A stretch of 64,000 bases of DNA from Phoronis australis (Eukaryota; Animalia; Phoronida), in contig NMRA01000085.1 in assembly GCA_002633005.1 (NCBI GenBank), positions 991,520 to 1,055,519 of the forward strand, in the 5' to 3' direction. Every line of letters begins with the position of its first letter. Positions within the stretch are counted from its first letter, which is position 1. Both the position numbers and the translations under genes were made by a program. Under the pieces are notes generated by a model that searched no databases, was not told the origin of the DNA, and was given only the letters and a program-made list of their open reading frames with translations. Shown one piece after another: positions 60,963 to 64,000 of this stretch.

Positions 60963-62872
60963 AAAAATGCTGAGAGACCCCTGTTGCGGGTGCCAGGTCT
61001 GCTAATTCTCACCCCATTTTGAGGGATAGATTTTTCTGTAGGAAGTTTAGGGGTCTATTGAATCCCGCGCAGGTCCCGTAAAACTTGCTGAGAAAGTACC
61101 GTCTACAAGCATTTTAGTACACGCCTGCACCTTGTTAATGTGAGTCATCCCCCGGGTGTTCATTCGTCTTCTGCCTTTTTCAAATACGTGCTGTACCAAA
61201 AAGTGTCCGCCGATGATACTTTGTATAGACCAATGAACTTTAAAGTATCGATGTCAGGAAGACACCAGGCTATCCGAACAACATGACTCACGCACTCACA
61301 TGGCCTGCGGACACGTAAATTCGGTTACATGGCAGTAGTTCGAAAGTGCACTAGTTCGGCGAAGGTCTATTAGTCCCAAAATACAGAAGATTTTGGAATC
61401 AGGTGCATTTTTCATATTTTTCTGTACACAATACTTCGGTTGCTAGATGCAGTCTACCGAAAACAACCGGCCTTGTTCGAGTTTCCCGCGCGCGCGAAAT
61501 CGGTCTTGTAAAAAGCATGCCTTGAATGGTTACAGCATAGTACACCACAATATTAGCAAGGAGTGTACGAGTATAGGAGAGTTCACTCCGCCATTTTACC
61601 ATTCGCCGCAATGGTTACCGGTCGAAACACTAGCGCTCCAAGCGGTGAATAATCAATACTTACTTAGGAGCGCAGTCCGAACAATGTAAACACTGATGAA
61701 TTCATACTTTAATGACGTTCAACGTGCAATAAAATTACTGTGTGATTGAAAATGGTTAGAATACGTAAACTAACATCCACTTATAATCGAATGAGAATGA
61801 AAATGTGTATTTTAATCAATATTAAAGTGTATTTGTTTTTATTCTTTTGAAGCTCCCTTCAAAATCTATCACGGTTTTGTTTCATGTTTGAGTTCTTAAC
61901 AAGGCAAATTATCTTTCCTTATAACAGTTCATACCTCCATGGACAATAAAATTTGAATGATTGCTCCTGGGGGTTCAGAGGGTAATTCCCCACAGGTGAC
62001 AGCTAAGGGGGTACAAGGCAAAAACCATGTGGGCGCCAAATGGGTGTTGACCATCTCCCAGGGGGGTTACATGGGAGGAGTGCTAAACAGGTAAAAACCA
62101 ATGGGGTATGCCACATGGGTGTTGAGCCATTCCCATTGTCATAAATTTTGGTTGCTCCCCTGACCATTGACAAACATGTTGCTCCCAGCTCACTGCTGGT
62201 TTCACCTCCACCCAATTTCGCATGTGTTCCTTATTCAATACACCAGGATACTAACAATGCGAATAATTGTTTGGTGTAGTGGGTGTTACACATGTAAGAA
62301 GAAGAAAGCAATTCATCACTACCACAAAATCGTAATATAATTTTAGAACATCCCATTATTTCTTAGACATTCCAGCATAGGGTAAACTCGATTGCACTCT
62401 CCCACGCGCGCACCCAGGGGGCTCGGGGGGCTTGAACGAGACAAAAAGTCCGAGAAAACGGGACAAAAGTCCACTAAAGAAACGGAAACGCGCAATTCAC
62501 AGTGGTGGTCCCCGTTTTTCTTTTTTTCTTTTTTTAGTCCGCCCACTCATTTGTTAGCAAAAGGTCTACATCGTCGGGAATTCGAGCCCCCCACATTGAG
62601 TATATCCCCACCATAACCAAGCTCAAAATGTCATGACAAAAAAGTTAAGAGGTGCTCAACAGCAATCAAAATATTCACTAGCCACACAACTTCATACAAA
62701 ACTGAATTAAAAAGACTTGGATGATAAAACTAAATTTTTTATTTTCTATACCCACTGTTCATATTATCAATAACAGTAAATATTTCAGGTAAGCTAAAGC
62801 TGGACCACAGGATCATATTTGTTACTTAGCCACAACTGGAGCTTAAATTAATCACAATCTCCAAAAACGTAC

Positions 62873-63158
62873 AAAATAGGCAACACATACACCAATACAA
62901 CAAGAAAATCTAACCAACCTTCTCACTCTCTATTCACTAGTAAGCAACAGCTCTTTTTGCCAACGAAATGCGTTGAAGCTGATAACTAATTTACTCACAG
63001 AGGTGTTTCAGTGTCAAATAGGCAACACATACACCAATACAACAAGAAAATCTAACCAACCTTCTCACTCTCTATTCACTAGTAAACAACAACTCTTTTT
63101 GCCATCGAAATGCATTGAAGCTGATAACTAATTTACTCACGGAGGTGTTTCAGTGTCA
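62873..63158. repeat. Tandem duplication, 2 x ~142 bp
   Basis: aaataggcaacacatacaccaatac...aggtgtttcagtgtca is repeated with a few substitutions. Confidence 0.9.
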
Positions 63159-63429
63159 TTGAGAAGCAAAATGATATGGATAGCTTGGGTTTAAGAAAAT
63201 GTCAGCCCACCATTCAGACTCTAAAAGACCCATCAGTTTCACTTTGGCTCTCTTCAAATCACAGGCTAACCATTCATAAAATGTTTCAATCTGATCGACC
63301 TTAGTAAAATACGAAAACCAGATTTTAACTAATTGTCCTTTCTACACGTGATGTTCCAGTACTTGCTTTGTGAGACGATAATCAGAAATGCAAAAAGCCT
63401 ATTCCACAGCTGTAACATAATTTCCGTAG

Positions 63430-63620
63430 AACTTTTTGACGTCGTCATTTTTGGTGGACTGGGGACATCAAATACTGCTCGGGCACTGCATTCAATACCA
63501 GCTTGTTCTTCATTCATCAACATGGACTCCTCGAAGTGATGAGAGCATAAGTTGCAGTTCTTGGACAAGTAGGATGCACTCTATACATAAGGTCGGCTCC
63601 CAGTGCTTGCACCTGAACAG
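63430..63620 (-). mobile_element. Degenerate THAP domain (THAP12/PRKRIR-type hAT transposase relic)
   Basis: RCKHW ... YLSKNCNLCSHHFEESMLMN ... AVFDVPSPPK, i.e. LCxxHF plus an AVPTIF-box-like end, with frameshifts. Confidence 0.55.
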
Positions 63621-64000
63621 AAATCAGTGAGAGACTCAGGAACAAACCTCATACTCACCAGGTTCACAGACACTGGTAGCCTACACTAAACTACACTACA
63701 GAAGTCCTGTCGTACTGTGATTGTGACAGAGACAAAAGCGTCTTGGTGTCAACTAAAAAAACTAGGACTCAAATGTCGATCCACGGATATTTTAAGGGCT
63801 GCACAACTTTTCACCGAGACCCACAGGCTCTCTGACTTGACTAATGAAAGACTTAAAAGGCCCTGTGGCCTGTGGCTGTGATTGTGCCATGGCCATGCCA
63901 CCACGATTCATATTCACCCATGGTCATGGGAATGTTTTCCTAAAATTATCCCTGCGATCGTTAGAGTGACATTTTGATTTGGAATACATGGACTGCAAGT

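Larger units (their letters stand above)
54932..61156. mobile_element. hAT-type MITE split by nested insertions (6.2-kb composite)
   Basis: Left TIR cccgggggttcactcatactggcaaggtgc..gcaggcgtgtaccaaaa matches the reverse complement of 61111-61156; 8-bp TSD tgttcgtt (54924-54931) / tgttcatt (61157-61164). Confidence 0.75.

Overview
AT-rich, intron-containing animal genomic DNA, probably a heterozygous marine invertebrate, from a draft assembly with single-N joins, false haplotype duplications and a 995-bp gap. Four protein-coding genes can be read. (1) A + strand PH + IRS-type PTB docking adaptor (Dok/IRS/FRS2-like): 7 phase-consistent exons at 1949-22804, 5' end outside the window, with a tail rich in SH2, SH3, 14-3-3 and PDZ ligand motifs. 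(2) An intronless - strand bHLH + HMG-box gene resembling the meiosis initiator MEIOSIN (28221-29594). (3) A 5-coding-exon - strand STPG3-like sperm-tail gene (40771-44061, 328 aa). (4) A candidate 79-aa signal peptide + mucin-like + GPI-signal micro-protein with CD24/CD52-like architecture (54553-54792). The rest is layered transposon debris: a 3.5-kb fold-back with pogo transposase relics, a Penelope-like inverted remnant with a hammerhead core, a Helentron-type element carrying 11 phased CTCF-like motifs, an IS3EU-like element, THAP relics, and a nested hAT-MITE > L1/Tx1 > insert composite. All identifications come from reading the sequence and recalled family motifs; no database search was run.
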